From Plakobranchus ocellatus (Eukaryota), in contig BLXT01006878.1 in assembly GCA_019648995.1 (NCBI GenBank), forward strand, positions 2,657,671 through 2,678,311: a stretch of 20,641 nucleotides of DNA. The letters are read 5' to 3'. A program made the translations under genes and the position numbers. Of the stretch, positions 1 to 10,649 are shown piece by piece. Below the pieces are notes generated by a model. That model saw only the letters and a program-made list of their open reading frames with translations, ran no database searches and was not told where the DNA came from. Each line of letters begins with the position of its first letter. Position 1 is the first letter of the stretch.

Positions 1-198
1 CCTCCTAAATTGGATGGCCATTTCGATTATTTAACGCCAATGGGTGTACAAACTACTACTACTTCGATATGTTTTTTTTTTTTTTTTAATCATAATGATT
101 GAATGTTTCTTAAACAGCTGGCTCTATTATTATGAAAATTTGAAAAAAAATTTCATTCTCAGACCATCAGCTACATACGAAATGAAGAGGCAATATTG

Positions 199-545
199 TA
201 GATCTAGATTATTGAAGCCCACCTACTGACGTCAAATAATCGAAATGGCCGACTTCTTTGGGTGGGCAAAGTAGGGACCGCAGACCTCCACCAGTGCCTA
301 GATCTAGATCTATATGTAGATCTAGATATCTACATTCTATTGGAAAAGTTATAATATATAGATCTAGATCTAGGCCTACCGTGTGGGCCAAAATTGGGCC
401 AAGATCGTTGCCTTCTTTCGGTAAGAAGAAAAAGGAAAATTATTTAAATTGGTGTAATTGATTTTAGTGGGTTTGATTCAAAGGCTGAATCTTGAGATCT
501 CATATAGATCTATATCTAGATCTAGATCTAAATTAGGCCCCTAGA
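199..545. repeat. Cluster of short palindromic AGATCT/TCTAGA-based repeats (TAGATCTAGATCTA and variants)
   Basis: Four sub-clusters at 199-211, 299-335, 356-375 and 494-533. Each unit is its own reverse complement (BglII/XbaI-site palindromes). Isolated copies of tagatctag also occur at 15431-15441, 16003-16013 and about 13080-13200. Confidence 0.8.
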
Positions 546-781
546 TCACAACCTAGCAGACGACAATAACATTCTAAATAGATGAAATTGTATTTTCGGT
601 TTCGTTATGAGAAGCAAAGGTTTGCTTCTGAGAAAGGAGAGTTCTACGGTTGAATACAGGAATCGTAGAGATATCCAAAAACTTGTAACAGTTATGCCTG
701 TAAGTGAAATATCTCTTAGATTATGATTATAAGACTTGTTTTGATGCACAAAAATCGAATAACTCATCTGAAAAGTAAACC

Positions 782-784
<3 letters not shown>

Positions 785-858
<74 letters not shown>
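785..858 (+). repeat. (CT)37 dinucleotide microsatellite
   Basis: 74 nt of perfect CT repeats. It generates the spurious 'SLSLSL' ORF at 723-953. Confidence 0.98.
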
Positions 859-861
<3 letters not shown>

Positions 862-1023
862 CTATTCTCTTTTTTGTATGTGCGTCTCCTACTAATAAGG
901 GCAAATTTTATGCATTCTCCGAGCTACATATGGGAGTCTGGGTGGCAGGATGAAAAAAAAAAAGAATTTACAGAGGAGTTTTGATGACGGGGAAGGAGAG
1001 GAAGAGATAGAAATAAAAAAATT

Positions 1024-1042
1024 AATAAATAAATAAATAAAT
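1024..1042 (+). repeat. (AAAT)n tetranucleotide microsatellite (~4.5 units)
   Basis: aataaataaataaataaat. Confidence 0.9.
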
Positions 1043-1626
1043 GAAACAGGCATTCAATGGGGCAGAAAAGTGGGCAATATCACAAGTATGAAAAAAATTT
1101 GACCCAAAAATTGCACTCACAAAAAAAATAAATAATTAAATCGGAAAATTTGCAAACAAATTGCAAAAGAATGCTCTAACTCTAAATTAAATGAAAATAA
1201 TGTATTTAACAATCCATACCAAGAAACAGTACACAAAAAATATTTTTTAAAAACTAATGGAATTAGGACTTAAATTTCACTTGAATACTTTTTACTGCAT
1301 TAAATTTACAATGGGAGCACGATGCATTCTTAAAAAAAAAAAAAACAAATAAATAATCACTTACCTTGTTTGTTACCTCAAATCATCATCAGGTACCTTG
1401 TCTGGAACAGACATTGGCGATCATGTTCCTCCACTCAACCTATTCTCAGTTAACCTTATAAAGTTGTTATTGCTACCTTTGCCTAATGCCCATGACTAAG
1501 ACTTTCAATAAAAGTCATTCTCTGTCTACCTCTATTGCGTTTGCCTTCAATCTTTCCAGTGGTCGCTAAAAGTTCTAAACCCTTTTGTCGGCAAATATAG
1601 ACTAAAAATTGTAGTTGCCTCTGTCT

Positions 1627-1661
1627 TATGGCTTTCTTTACCTATGGCTTAGAAAGCCATA
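1627..1661. repeat. Perfect hairpin: 11-bp inverted repeat (tatggctttct / agaaagccata) with a 13-nt loop
   Basis: 1627-1637 is the exact reverse complement of 1651-1661. The loop (ttacctatggctt) itself repeats the stem motif tatggctt. Confidence 0.7.
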
Positions 1662-2243
1662 GGTCACGGATTTTATTCCGTGGGAAAGAGTCTCTATGAA
1701 TTCTTTATTTTCCTGTGTTTGCGGTGGTGTAATAAAAAAATGTAATCATTTATCTTTTATGAACAATTGTGTCAACAGAGTGGAAACTTCAACGCTCTTA
1801 GAATTTGTATTGTAAAAAATTATCCAAGCTATTTTCTGGACTTGTTTAAAAATAGACCCTACAAAAAGGTTAGAACACTAAAACTTTAAATTTTTCCATG
1901 TTGAGGTTTCGCCTCCTCCCAAACAAAATATAAATTGCTTATAAATAGAAGGTTTCATGATAGCTTGGAAAATCCAAACTCTTCTTTTAAAATGGCGAAC
2001 CGTCAAACATTTACGAAAGCCCCTCTATAGGGGCCTATGTGATTTTAGGGACAAATTAACCAACTTTTTATACAACGGAACAAATCCACTGTAAAAAAAA
2101 ATCCGTCTGTGATCTTTTAAATGCTTTCAAAGATCTGAAACATTTTTTTTTTCTGGAGATGAGCTTGCCATACTGCCTAGAACTATTTGTAACGCCCTAG
2201 ATCTCTAGCTTGTCTTCCCTTCCTATGTGTTTTGCTATGGGTC

Positions 2244-2251
2244 TATAAATA
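2244..2251 (+). promoter_or_regulatory. TATA-like box (TATAAATA) upstream of a GC-richer island
   Basis: Consensus TATAAATA about 35 nt upstream of where the base composition shifts to about 50% GC with several CpGs (2280-2560). Confidence 0.2.
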
Positions 2252-2526
2252 GATAAGGTTTTACAACTTAAATCTATCAGGACATGTTGCATCAGCAGAG
2301 TTGACAGTGGCACAAGTTGCCAGTTGTGGCGCCTTATCTCACACAGATGCCTGAAACTATTCAACACCAAAGACATCTGAGGGCTTTGTTTAGGGCGCTC
2401 TCGACTCGTCTCGAGCCAGCTGTGATGCACTCAATGTCACTTCCTCTGCTGGACCTCTTGGAGTTAATTTTTCAAAGTACCAAGCTCTGGTGTAGGAGGT
2501 AGGGAACATCAACTTGGCAGGATTGA

Positions 2527-2574
2527 AAAATTCCACTTCAGGAATTGAATGCGAGGGTGACCTTCAGCAGAAGA
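2527..2574 (+). CDS. Possible upstream exon fragment of the same gene (KIPLQELNARVTFSRR), ending at consensus donor
   Basis: Perfect donor AGAAGA|GTAAGT at 2575-2580 ending in phase 0, matching the phase-0 acceptor at 3334. It lies at the 3' edge of a GC-richer CpG-containing island (2280-2560) preceded by TATAAATA at 2244-2251. There is no in-frame ATG: the ORF-track 'M' at 2545 is TTG, and the ATG at 2549 is out of frame. The true first exon and start are therefore unresolved. Confidence 0.15.
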
Positions 2575-3333
2575 GTAAGTGCTAAAAATTTAAAAAATGC
2601 AAAACAAAAAAAAAAATTGAAAAAAGTTGCAAAATGTGCAAAAATTGCGGTCCCAATGCGACATAGCCATCAGAAGGGCTTGCCTATGTTAGGTTTTCAA
2701 CGAGAATGCTATGAATTGTTTCAAGGACTAGTTTGTTGAAGACTCCGCAGCGACTGCAACATGTACTTTTAAGCTAATGTCATAATCTTCTGTGCACAGC
2801 CTTCTGTGAGAGACTAATATAAAAAAAACTTGCTCTACAAAATAGAGCCTTAGAGCTTTCATTTGTAGTGCTTTTTTTATTTTTATTTGGGAAACTAGTA
2901 TGTTATATCTTTAATGGAATCACATACTATTGTCGTTAATATTTTTAGAAATCAAATTGAAACTAGATTTTTTTAATGTGTAATTTTCGCTTATGATGCA
3001 GCTGCTTTTAAAATTGAAATCAGATATACATTGAATTTTATCGAGTGATTTTGGATTAAAACCGTCAGACTAAAAGGCCTGTCTAGCTCTCTACAAGTCT
3101 AAATACAAACATGATGCAATTAGTTTTCAAGAAAGTATATATCTCATAGTTACACTTAAACTGTTGGTGGTTCGTGTTGCTATCTGACATAATTCAGTGT
3201 GAATATTGATGACGGCATGTACCTGAAGTAAATCTTGAGGACTTCAGCACAAAGTTTATTTCCTTGAACGGGAACCGCATTGTTAAGTTATGTATTATTC
3301 ATTGACTCTGATGTTGTTGGTTTTTTTTTACAG

Positions 3334-3613
3334 TTTCATCTACTGTTTGGAATGGATATTCTTCGTAAAATGATGAGTTTATCAAGTCATTATTCTATTA
3401 CTCCATGTCATTGTTATTCTATCGATGTCAAAATACTCACGATGATATGTATATCTTTATTGCCTTTTGGAGCCAAATGCCTTGAAAAACAAAGAAAGAT
3501 TATCTTCTTTTCTCCATCTGCTGCTTTTATTGATTTTGATGATGCTTATTTAGAAGCAGCTTTGAGTTGTTCTCTAGGAAGAGAACAATCAGTTGTTTTA
3601 TCTATCGATCAGA
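3334..3613 (+). CDS. Candidate internal exon of an unrecognised spliced gene (phase 0 to 1): FHLLFGMDILRKMMSLSSHYSITPCHCYSIDVKILTMICISLLPFGAKCLEKQRKIIFFSPSAAFIDFDDAYLEAALSCSLGREQSVVLSIDQ
   Basis: 93 stop-free codons bounded by a strong acceptor gttggttttttttttacag|T (AG at 3332-3333) and a strong donor CAGA|GTAGGT (GT at 3614-3615). Phase-compatible with the upstream donor AGAAGA|GTAAGT (2575) and with a downstream exon candidate. I recognise no homologue. By chance alone an ORF this long is expected about 0.5 times in a window this AT-rich. Confidence 0.3.
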
Positions 3614-3697
3614 GTAGGTGCTTGATTTACATATGACGTAACATTGTTATCTGCATCTATTTATTTAGCTGAATAGAAGTATTCTTAAAGCGTGCAG

Positions 3698-3817
3698 TTG
3701 GTCAGCTTTCTCTGCTCGTTGGAAATCTGCCCTTGAATTTGCTGTTCCTCAAAATCATTGAAATAAACGACGGTCTACCCATACAAGACTTCAAGTTCAA
3801 CAAGGCAAACACAACAC
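3698..3817 (+). CDS. Candidate next exon of the same unrecognised gene (phase 1 to 1): (I)GQLSLLVGNLPLNLLFLKIIEINDGLPIQDFKFNKANTT
   Basis: Acceptor cgtgcag|TT (AG 3696-3697) lies 84 nt after the previous donor. It is in the same reading phase as the exon 3334-3613 predicts. The frame is open from 3673 to 3882. Donor CAC|GTATGT at 3818. Confidence 0.22.
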
Positions 3818-4485
3818 GTATGTTGTTTCAATCAAGTTTATTCTTTCAAAGTATCAAGATAATAATGTTCAATTGTCTCTGAAACTTAAATTAATAATCA
3901 GCCCAACGCCAGATAACTTGTAAAGGAAGGATTAATACATGTATGAGGTCAACATACCTCAATCTGTATAAATAACACTCGAGCCTTTCAGTTAAGCTAT
4001 TCAAAATGTTTTTTTTCGATTACATGACTATTTCTTTTTGGATTTTTAAAATAATTAACAAGATCGGTGTTTTGCAGGATGGATTGGCTGGGCGGGGTCG
4101 ACATAATATTGGCTTATCATACTTAGCCGAGTGCTTGATTAAATACAGTAGGGAGCAGATGTCACTTACACTAGTCAAAAACATAGTCCAAACAAAAGTT
4201 TTTCTAAGAATCTAAGTCTGTTTATTTGACAATTACAAAAGTATGCAGAAAAAAATAAAGTCGTGGCAGTTGGGTTCAATTCATTAAAATTGCATGGCAC
4301 TAAAAGAGAATGTGAGAGATGTGCATAACTGTTTTGATAAATAAAATTCGGCTCCAAGTCTTTATTGGGTATAAGATTAAGACGAAACAGCAAAATATCA
4401 TTTTTATTAGGCTCACACGGACTCTTCTTGTATCCTAGAGCTATGTTTATTTTATAATTGGCTCTGAAATGCCTGATCAGAAAAG

Positions 4486-4740
4486 ATTTTTTGCCCTCTC
4501 TGTTCTCAGCATGTTTATCTTACGCTTTAAAAGCATAATGACCCGATTGCGCTTGTTTATTTGAGATCTGCGTCTGAAATTACCAGCTTGTCATTGAAGG
4601 GCCTTTTCATTTCAATCCAATATTACGCCTGAATGAAAATGACACGTTTGGCCCTCTCTTTTCTGGTCAAGTTTATCTTAGACTTAAATATATCATGTGC
4701 ATATGACCCAGTTGCATCAGGATCTGGTAGATTACACTTG
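4486..4740 (+). repeat. Pair of diverged ~85-bp direct repeats about 160 bp apart
   Basis: ttgccctctctgttctcagcatgtttatcttacgctttaaaagcataatgacccgattgcgcttg... (about 4486-4570) versus ttggccctctcttttctggtcaagtttatcttagacttaaatatatcatgtgcatatgacccagttgcatcag... (about 4650-4740). They share blocks CCCTCTCT, GTTTATCTTA, ATGACCC and TTGC in the same order. Confidence 0.6.
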
Positions 4741-4969
4741 GGTGTTCGAAATTATTTAATCGGTACATATAAAGTTTATCTGTTGGTAGATAAAGTTGAG
4801 ATCGTCGAGTCGATATTTTAAGTTATTTGGACAAGAGATATTCCATCGTTCACGTTCATAAAATTTTATTGATAGACCTCTGAAAAATGCTTAACGATAT
4901 TTAAACTTATCGTAGAACAAGGAGCATTTTTAATCAAATGTATTGATTCTAAATTTGTGAATTGTTGGA

Positions 4970-6919
4970 ATGGATAATACAGCGAACAAAAAGAGGACAG
5001 CTTGTGTTCTGCCTTGCTCTAATACAAAATCTCAACCTCCAGTAGACCATGGCTGGGCATGGTTTGTTATGTTGGGAGCAACAGTTAATGTTATGGTGCT
5101 CATGGTGTTTTTACGAGCCAGCTCTTTACTATTCATTCAATTTCTGGATATCTATCAGGCTTCTGCGACCATGACAACTCTAGTTTTCGCTCTGTCGTCT
5201 ACAACATTCTCTGTCAGCAACATCTTAGCCGCTACTGTTCTCCTGCCGCGCTACGATGTGAGGACTTTAGGCATAATTGGTGCACTGGTAAATTTCGTAA
5301 GCACTATAGGCATTGCGTTTGCTCCAAACATAGCTGTGGTGAACATCATGTTTGCTATAGTAGGATTTGCCCATGGATTGATTGTCGTTCCTCAGTTAAC
5401 GCTGCTCGGCCATTATTTCAAACGGCATTTATCTCTCGCCACAGCCACTACCACCATGGGCATTAGTCTGGCCACCATTTTCGGGACACCACTCACGCAA
5501 GTGCTACTTGATATTTATGATGTTAGGGGCACAATTCTTCTTTTAGCTGGAGTTACATTGCATTGCGTACCGGCATCTTTATTGCTTCGACCAGTCTCAT
5601 TTTATTCAGCCTCTCCTTTCTCGGTGCATCCACAAGATGAGGATGTAGCTGAAAAGAGCTCAAGTGGTGTGCTAAATAACATTTTTTATGACAAAAACAG
5701 AGATTCTATGCGACAAGGTGACAAAGCTCCTTTCTTGGTGCAAAACAATAAACTTAATCATAAACGTGAAGTTATCGTTGAGGAAGATAAAAATGAAACG
5801 TCCAACTCAGAAGATCAGTGTAAAGAGGATGACCAGAAATCGTCATCGACAATTGAAACAAGTGACAAAGATATTTGCACTCCTCGTCTACTTCAGAAAA
5901 TGCCACCACCTAGAATACGGAGCGTAAGCGAAAGCTGGCATGTTCTAGAGAATAAGATGAACAATCACAGACACCTGTACGGCAAAAATGACATTTTTAT
6001 GGAATATTCTGATACAAACGGCTCGACTGTATTAGGTCGCAAAGCGAGTTCTGCAGGCGTTAAAACCTCTCTCTCTAATATTCTTTCAGCAAGTATTAGA
6101 TACCTTGGTGACACCAGCTCTTTCTACGGCAGTTCTGTATCCCAAATCCATCACATTCACACACGCGGCATTGAAACTCGTTCAGTTATAGACTTGGGTC
6201 ACAACCAAGCTGAGATCTCAACCTTATTCGAAAACGCAAGTACCTCAAGTTCTGAAAGTGAAATCAGCGTTAAGAAAAGAGGAAAGAGTTTCTTTTGCCG
6301 TCTAAAACGCTTAGCCTCTCAGAGTGTCTTCACCCATCCTGTAGGCCTACTCATACTCTTAGCCTCCGGATTGGGCATCCATACGCAGGCAGGAGTAGCC
6401 TATATGCCTGCCACTGGCATTGAAAACGGTTGTACTGAGGAGCAGGTGCCTTTTCTCATGACTGCCGTTGGTGTAGCTGACGTGGTAAGCAAGCTTTGTA
6501 TGGGCTTCTTGGCCGACACAGGCATTATTAAACGCATTCATGTCGCGTGTCTGTCGCAATTAACTATCGGGTTGCTCTTCCAGTTAGTGCCAGTGTTCCA
6601 AGGATTTATTTTGATGATTCTATTGCAGGCACTGATAGGATTCACTGTGGGGGTGTTTCATATGCTGGTTCCAGTCATCACAGTAGATTTGCTGGGCGTG
6701 CAGCATATGGGCCATATAATGGCAGGTTATATGCTGATTAATGGCTTCACCAACGCTATTGACCATTTGGTTGTTGGCTCTCTTAGCGATCTCACTGGGT
6801 CTTTTTATGGCGCATACCACTACATGGGTTCTTTAACACTTATGTCAGTCGCTATGCTCTTATCGCAGCCACTCGTTGAACGCTGCTTAACACGTTCAAG
6901 CGCAGAAGCAACAGTTTAG
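4970..6919 (+). CDS. Monocarboxylate transporter (SLC16/MCT family, MFS superfamily), single uninterrupted ORF of 649 aa
   Basis: ATG at 4970 with an in-frame TGA immediately upstream (4958-4960) and no acceptor between, so no N-terminal extension. TAG stop at 6917-6919. The translation carries both SLC16 signature motifs: TM1 '...VDHGWAWFVMLGA' (the [D/E]G[G/S][W/F][G/A]W box) and TM5 'GHYFKRHLSLATATTTMGISLA' (the YFxK[R/K]xLAxGxxxxG box). Hydropathy by eye gives 6+6 TM helices split by a ~240-aa hydrophilic loop (SPFSVHPQDED...KRLASQSV). GC content of the ORF (~45%) is clearly above the flanks. AATAAA signals at 7037-7042 and 7090-7095 downstream. Confidence 0.85.
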   Translation: MDNTANKKRTACVLPCSNTKSQPPVDHGWAWFVMLGATVNVMVLMVFLRASSLLFIQFLDIYQASATMTTLVFALSSTTFSVSNILAATVLLPRYDVRTLGIIGALVNFVSTIGIAFAPNIAVVNIMFAIVGFAHGLIVVPQLTLLGHYFKRHLSLATATTTMGISLATIFGTPLTQVLLDIYDVRGTILLLAGVTLHCVPASLLLRPVSFYSASPFSVHPQDEDVAEKSSSGVLNNIFYDKNRDSMRQGDKAPFLVQNNKLNHKREVIVEEDKNETSNSEDQCKEDDQKSSSTIETSDKDICTPRLLQKMPPPRIRSVSESWHVLENKMNNHRHLYGKNDIFMEYSDTNGSTVLGRKASSAGVKTSLSNILSASIRYLGDTSSFYGSSVSQIHHIHTRGIETRSVIDLGHNQAEISTLFENASTSSSESEISVKKRGKSFFCRLKRLASQSVFTHPVGLLILLASGLGIHTQAGVAYMPATGIENGCTEEQVPFLMTAVGVADVVSKLCMGFLADTGIIKRIHVACLSQLTIGLLFQLVPVFQGFILMILLQALIGFTVGVFHMLVPVITVDLLGVQHMGHIMAGYMLINGFTNAIDHLVVGSLSDLTGSFYGAYHYMGSLTLMSVAMLLSQPLVERCLTRSSAEATV

Positions 6920-7036
6920 CAAAATACAATACAATTTTCATAATAATTTTTTAAAATATGAATATCTCTTTATTCGATATTTTCGTCAATTTTTTTCTGT
7001 AATTAATTTTTTTAAGCCTGAAAGAAGTCCCCAATT

Positions 7037-7095
7037 AATAAAACACTTTTTTTTACAGAATATAATTTACCATTAAATTTGCAGATCGTAATAAA
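7037..7095 (+). promoter_or_regulatory. Candidate polyadenylation signals (AATAAA x2) for the MCT transcript
   Basis: AATAAA at 7037-7042 and 7090-7095, which is 118-176 nt downstream of the MCT stop in AT-rich 3' flank. Confidence 0.4.
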
Positions 7096-7287
7096 GATAT
7101 TCTTCTCGCCAGTTAATACAATTCACTAATTAATTGAATATTAATATCAAACACGTCTCTCTAATTTACCCGTAAAGCACGCCATTCCAAGTGACTTTCA
7201 GAGACCAAAAAAGACGGGAGAGAGAGAAAAGGATGAGAGAACAGAAAAAGAGGGAGAGGGGGAGGATCAAAGAAACAGAGAGGAAAA

Positions 7288-7290
<3 letters not shown>

Positions 7291-7334
<44 letters not shown>
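7291..7334 (+). repeat. (AG)22 microsatellite embedded in a ~160-nt polypurine tract (about 7190-7350)
   Basis: Perfect AG repeats flanked by an A/G-only run (gacgggagagagagaaaaggatgagagaacagaaaaagagggagagggggagg...). It generates the spurious - strand ORF at 7161-7457. Confidence 0.98.
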
Positions 7335-7341
<7 letters not shown>

Positions 7342-10300
7342 GACGGGGGATACAGTGTACATCCTAATTTTATAAAATTTCCATGAGTGTGTGTAAAAGA
7401 ACAGGAAAACAAAGGTAAGCCTTTTGTTTTACTAAGAAAAAATGAAAGAATAAACATACCTTAGTATACGGTATTCCATAAATACTAAAAGTTTCACAAT
7501 AACAAATTATGCTTACATGGTTGGTCATCTATCACTGTCGGAACGATAACAACTACAGCCTGTGCATCCATCTCCATAACATGGATATTATTTAAAGAGG
7601 ATGGATATTATTATTATAAAATCGTTTCATATGTGCAAAATAAATCAAACTCTATGCCAAATTATTGCTTTGCTGATTTTTTTTCATTATCTTAGTAGAC
7701 TTATTTTGCAAAAAAATTGCTTGGGATAATCTCATAGTAAATAGATTGAATGGTGATAGAGATAGACACATGTAACGATAATGGTGAACTTCTTTCACAG
7801 AGGTAAAAATGAATGTGAGTAACCTTTTTGCAAACTGTTGCCAGTAAGAAATTACATAGTTGAAATTTCAAAATGAAACAATAGCAAAATAATATAAAAA
7901 CATTTCACCTTTATTTTAACTTCATCATAGCAATTACAATGATGGCATCTGACAGCATTAAAGACACAGGCTAGGAAACGTTTGTGTACTATTGAAACTA
8001 AAAGGCCAAACATTAAAAATCGAAAATAATATAATTTTGCGTTTGCTTCATTTTTAAAATACTATTATATATTTTCTAGTTCGCAACTGTTTTCTTCTTT
8101 ATATTATAATTCACTTACCTTTGCATCCTTCGGACTGAATTTTGTATTGCTTTTAGTGCTTTCTGCCTGGCGATTGGCGATTTGTCTTTTTTCCTATTAT
8201 GTGTAATAATCATTGTCTTATATTAAAACTATTTTTATCACATTGGTTTGCTTATGTACGATGTTCTGTTATTGAATGTTGAACATCTTACAAACTAATT
8301 TAGCATGTTTGTGTTTTTTTTTAAGTTTAAACTTATGAAGATTTTTGGCATAAGTTACATCGAACAGCAACCCCGTGTGCTTTCTTTCCAGTGTTACATT
8401 TCTTTCCTTTTTTAAAATGATTAAAATTCAGAATCACTCATGCCGTTTTGCTTTTGACTGAGGCAAGAAATATTTAACAAAGAATCTTATTTTTAAAATA
8501 TGATTATAGTTAACAATTATGTCGTGAAGCAAATCTTTTTAGTTGTAACAAATAATCAGATGCACATTTATGCATCGCAAACATGACTACGATGTACAGT
8601 ATATGTTTATTAATGCACATGAAAACATTGATGAATAGGTTTGCACATCATAATGTGTTATGCATCAGTTGAATTTTTGTTTTTGTGGTTTTAAAAATAC
8701 ATCCAAACCAACTGCTGTGGGGCAGAATGTATTAAGTATACATTCTTGAAAACAGCAGCTGCTGCTCAGATAAATGAGCACAAAAACAACCAAATTTTCT
8801 TTTTTTATGCTCTACCCATTAGTTTTCCCAATGCATATCATCCATCATCTTGTGTGGGACATGTGGCACCTACAGATGTGCTCCATTCCACCCTGCTCTT
8901 TCCCACCCAGCCATTTGAACTTATTCCATTTGACATAAAAATGTCATTATCAATACCACAGGTCACGAAATTCACACATACTTACCATGACTTATATTTC
9001 TTTATAACAAGAACGAAGGATAATAGTCTTCACTTGAAATATATGAAGATAAGGAAAAAAATCTTTATTTAAATCAAAAAGTTTTATGATATGAAGAAAA
9101 TACAAGAGTCATTAGGTTGTGCGATGTATATAATTTGTATAAACTGTAACTTTTCACCTATATAAAATAATAAAAAACATAAAATCACAGGGAAGTGTTT
9201 CAAAAGCCCTCCTTTTTTTATCTCTTGAACATTTTACACCCAAGGCAATACTTGGCCATGTTTTTAGCAAAAAGCATACTAAAAAAACAATGTTCGTTGT
9301 TTTTTTCCCTTTTCTCTTTCATCAAATGTACATGTTCTATGCCATATGTGCTTTTGTTTAAGGCATTCTATAATATTGTTTTACATCCAATGGCTATTCT
9401 TTATTTTTTGTATGAAATGGACATTACCTTTTGAAAAAATGAAGACAATTTCTTATTTTCATTTACCTATAACATCTGATGTGGATGTTGGTCTCCCAAC
9501 AATTAACTCCCCCAAAATGTATTGGGTGTTTTTTGTCACAATTTAACCAGCCCCTAGGATCCAGCCTGACAAGGGTTAAAAAAGCCTGACAGCATTAAGC
9601 AGTGGCCATTTATGAGACATTGTGTCTTTTATTCAGAGATAATGCTATCTTCTTTTCTATCTTAATTCCTCAGCTTCATTTGCAACTTATTAGGATTGGT
9701 TTCAGAAAAGTTAACTTTTATTCCAACCTTACTTTTTCTAGGTTGTCTACACATTCTTCAGAAATGTAAGTTGAAATTCATCATCTTTCATCTTTTTCAA
9801 TGAAACTAAAAAGCAAGTAAAAAGAATCTAAAAGCTTATAGACCTTACCCCTCGTCTCCCTCAACACAAAATTGTAAAGATTAAAAACTGAATGAAGACA
9901 GGTATAAAAAATGTTTTAACAAACCAGTTCTGCAAACAAAACTTAAATGTGTGTAAAAGAAGAATAATATTACTCAAAATACTGCAAAATCTTTTTCAAA
10001 AGCAATTGCAAAAAGCAAAAATTAAGTTATAGAAATGTAACAAACATGTATTTATAGTAAAATCAATGAAAAAATATATGTTGTGTCACTTTTTTTTTAC
10101 ATTTGTGAATGTGTTGAAAGATATATGTATTTATTTTATTCAATTTCTGGAATAAGACGTTATCTGTAACAAGGGAGGAAGTTTTTACAGAAAAAAAATA
10201 TTAAACAGAGAAATGAATTTACCACAGAGAGAAAGATATCACTGTAAATAATTGTAAAAACTGAGTACATCAAAAGTATATGAATAAACAATGTTGGTTA

Positions 10301-10488
10301 AAACAATTTAAAGTACACAAAGTCTTTTTTTTTCAAATGAATATATTAAAGACCTTTGTGACTGTGGAGACCAGTTTACAATTCTAAATGTCTTAAATAA
10401 TATATTCTATGCTTTGACCCACCTTGGAAATACAATTTTAAAAAAAGTTTCCGCATCAACCCTTATAATTCATTTTGTAGAATGTAAA

Positions 10489-10507
10489 ATATATATATAT
10501 ATATATA
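10489..10507 (+). repeat. (AT)n dinucleotide microsatellite
   Basis: atatatatatatatatata. Confidence 0.9.
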
Positions 10508-10603
10508 AAATTTCATTATCAATTATTTTCATGAATGAATCTGCCTCTAAACTCAATTATATTAAAATATGTAAACATATCAGTGCCACATTGGCATATA
10601 AAA

Positions 10604-10649
10604 GATATCAAAATTGATTTATATAAAGGATATCAAAATTGATTTATAT
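10604..10649 (+). repeat. Perfect 21-bp direct duplication (gatatcaaaattgatttatat x2, 4-nt spacer)
   Basis: Copies at 10604-10624 and 10629-10649 are identical. Confidence 0.9.

Noticed and set aside
723-953. Plus-strand ORF encoding (SL)n
   Set aside because: It is purely the translation of the (CT)37 microsatellite.
2545-2739. ORF-track protein 'MNARVTFSRR…', which I first read as an ATG-initiated first exon
   Set aside because: The 'M' is a TTG. The nearby ATG (2549) is in another frame and hits TGA after 3 codons. Only the strong donor at 2575 is retained, as a possible exon end.
5688-6820. Short ORFs at 5688-5927(+), 6359-6559(-), 6547-6741(+) and 6620-6820(-) overlapping the MCT gene
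   Set aside because: These are alternative-frame or antisense ORFs embedded in a clearly coding region of higher GC content, with no independent support.
7161-7457. Minus-strand 98-aa ORF
   Set aside because: It is the translation of the (AG)n / polypurine tract (SLSLSL…, proline/leucine low complexity).
8746-9546. ORFs of 108, 79 and 66 aa in the MCT-MVP intergenic region
   Set aside because: Low-complexity, AT-biased translations with no splice-site support and no recognisable domains. The ORF-track length threshold is near chance expectation for this composition, considering all frames.
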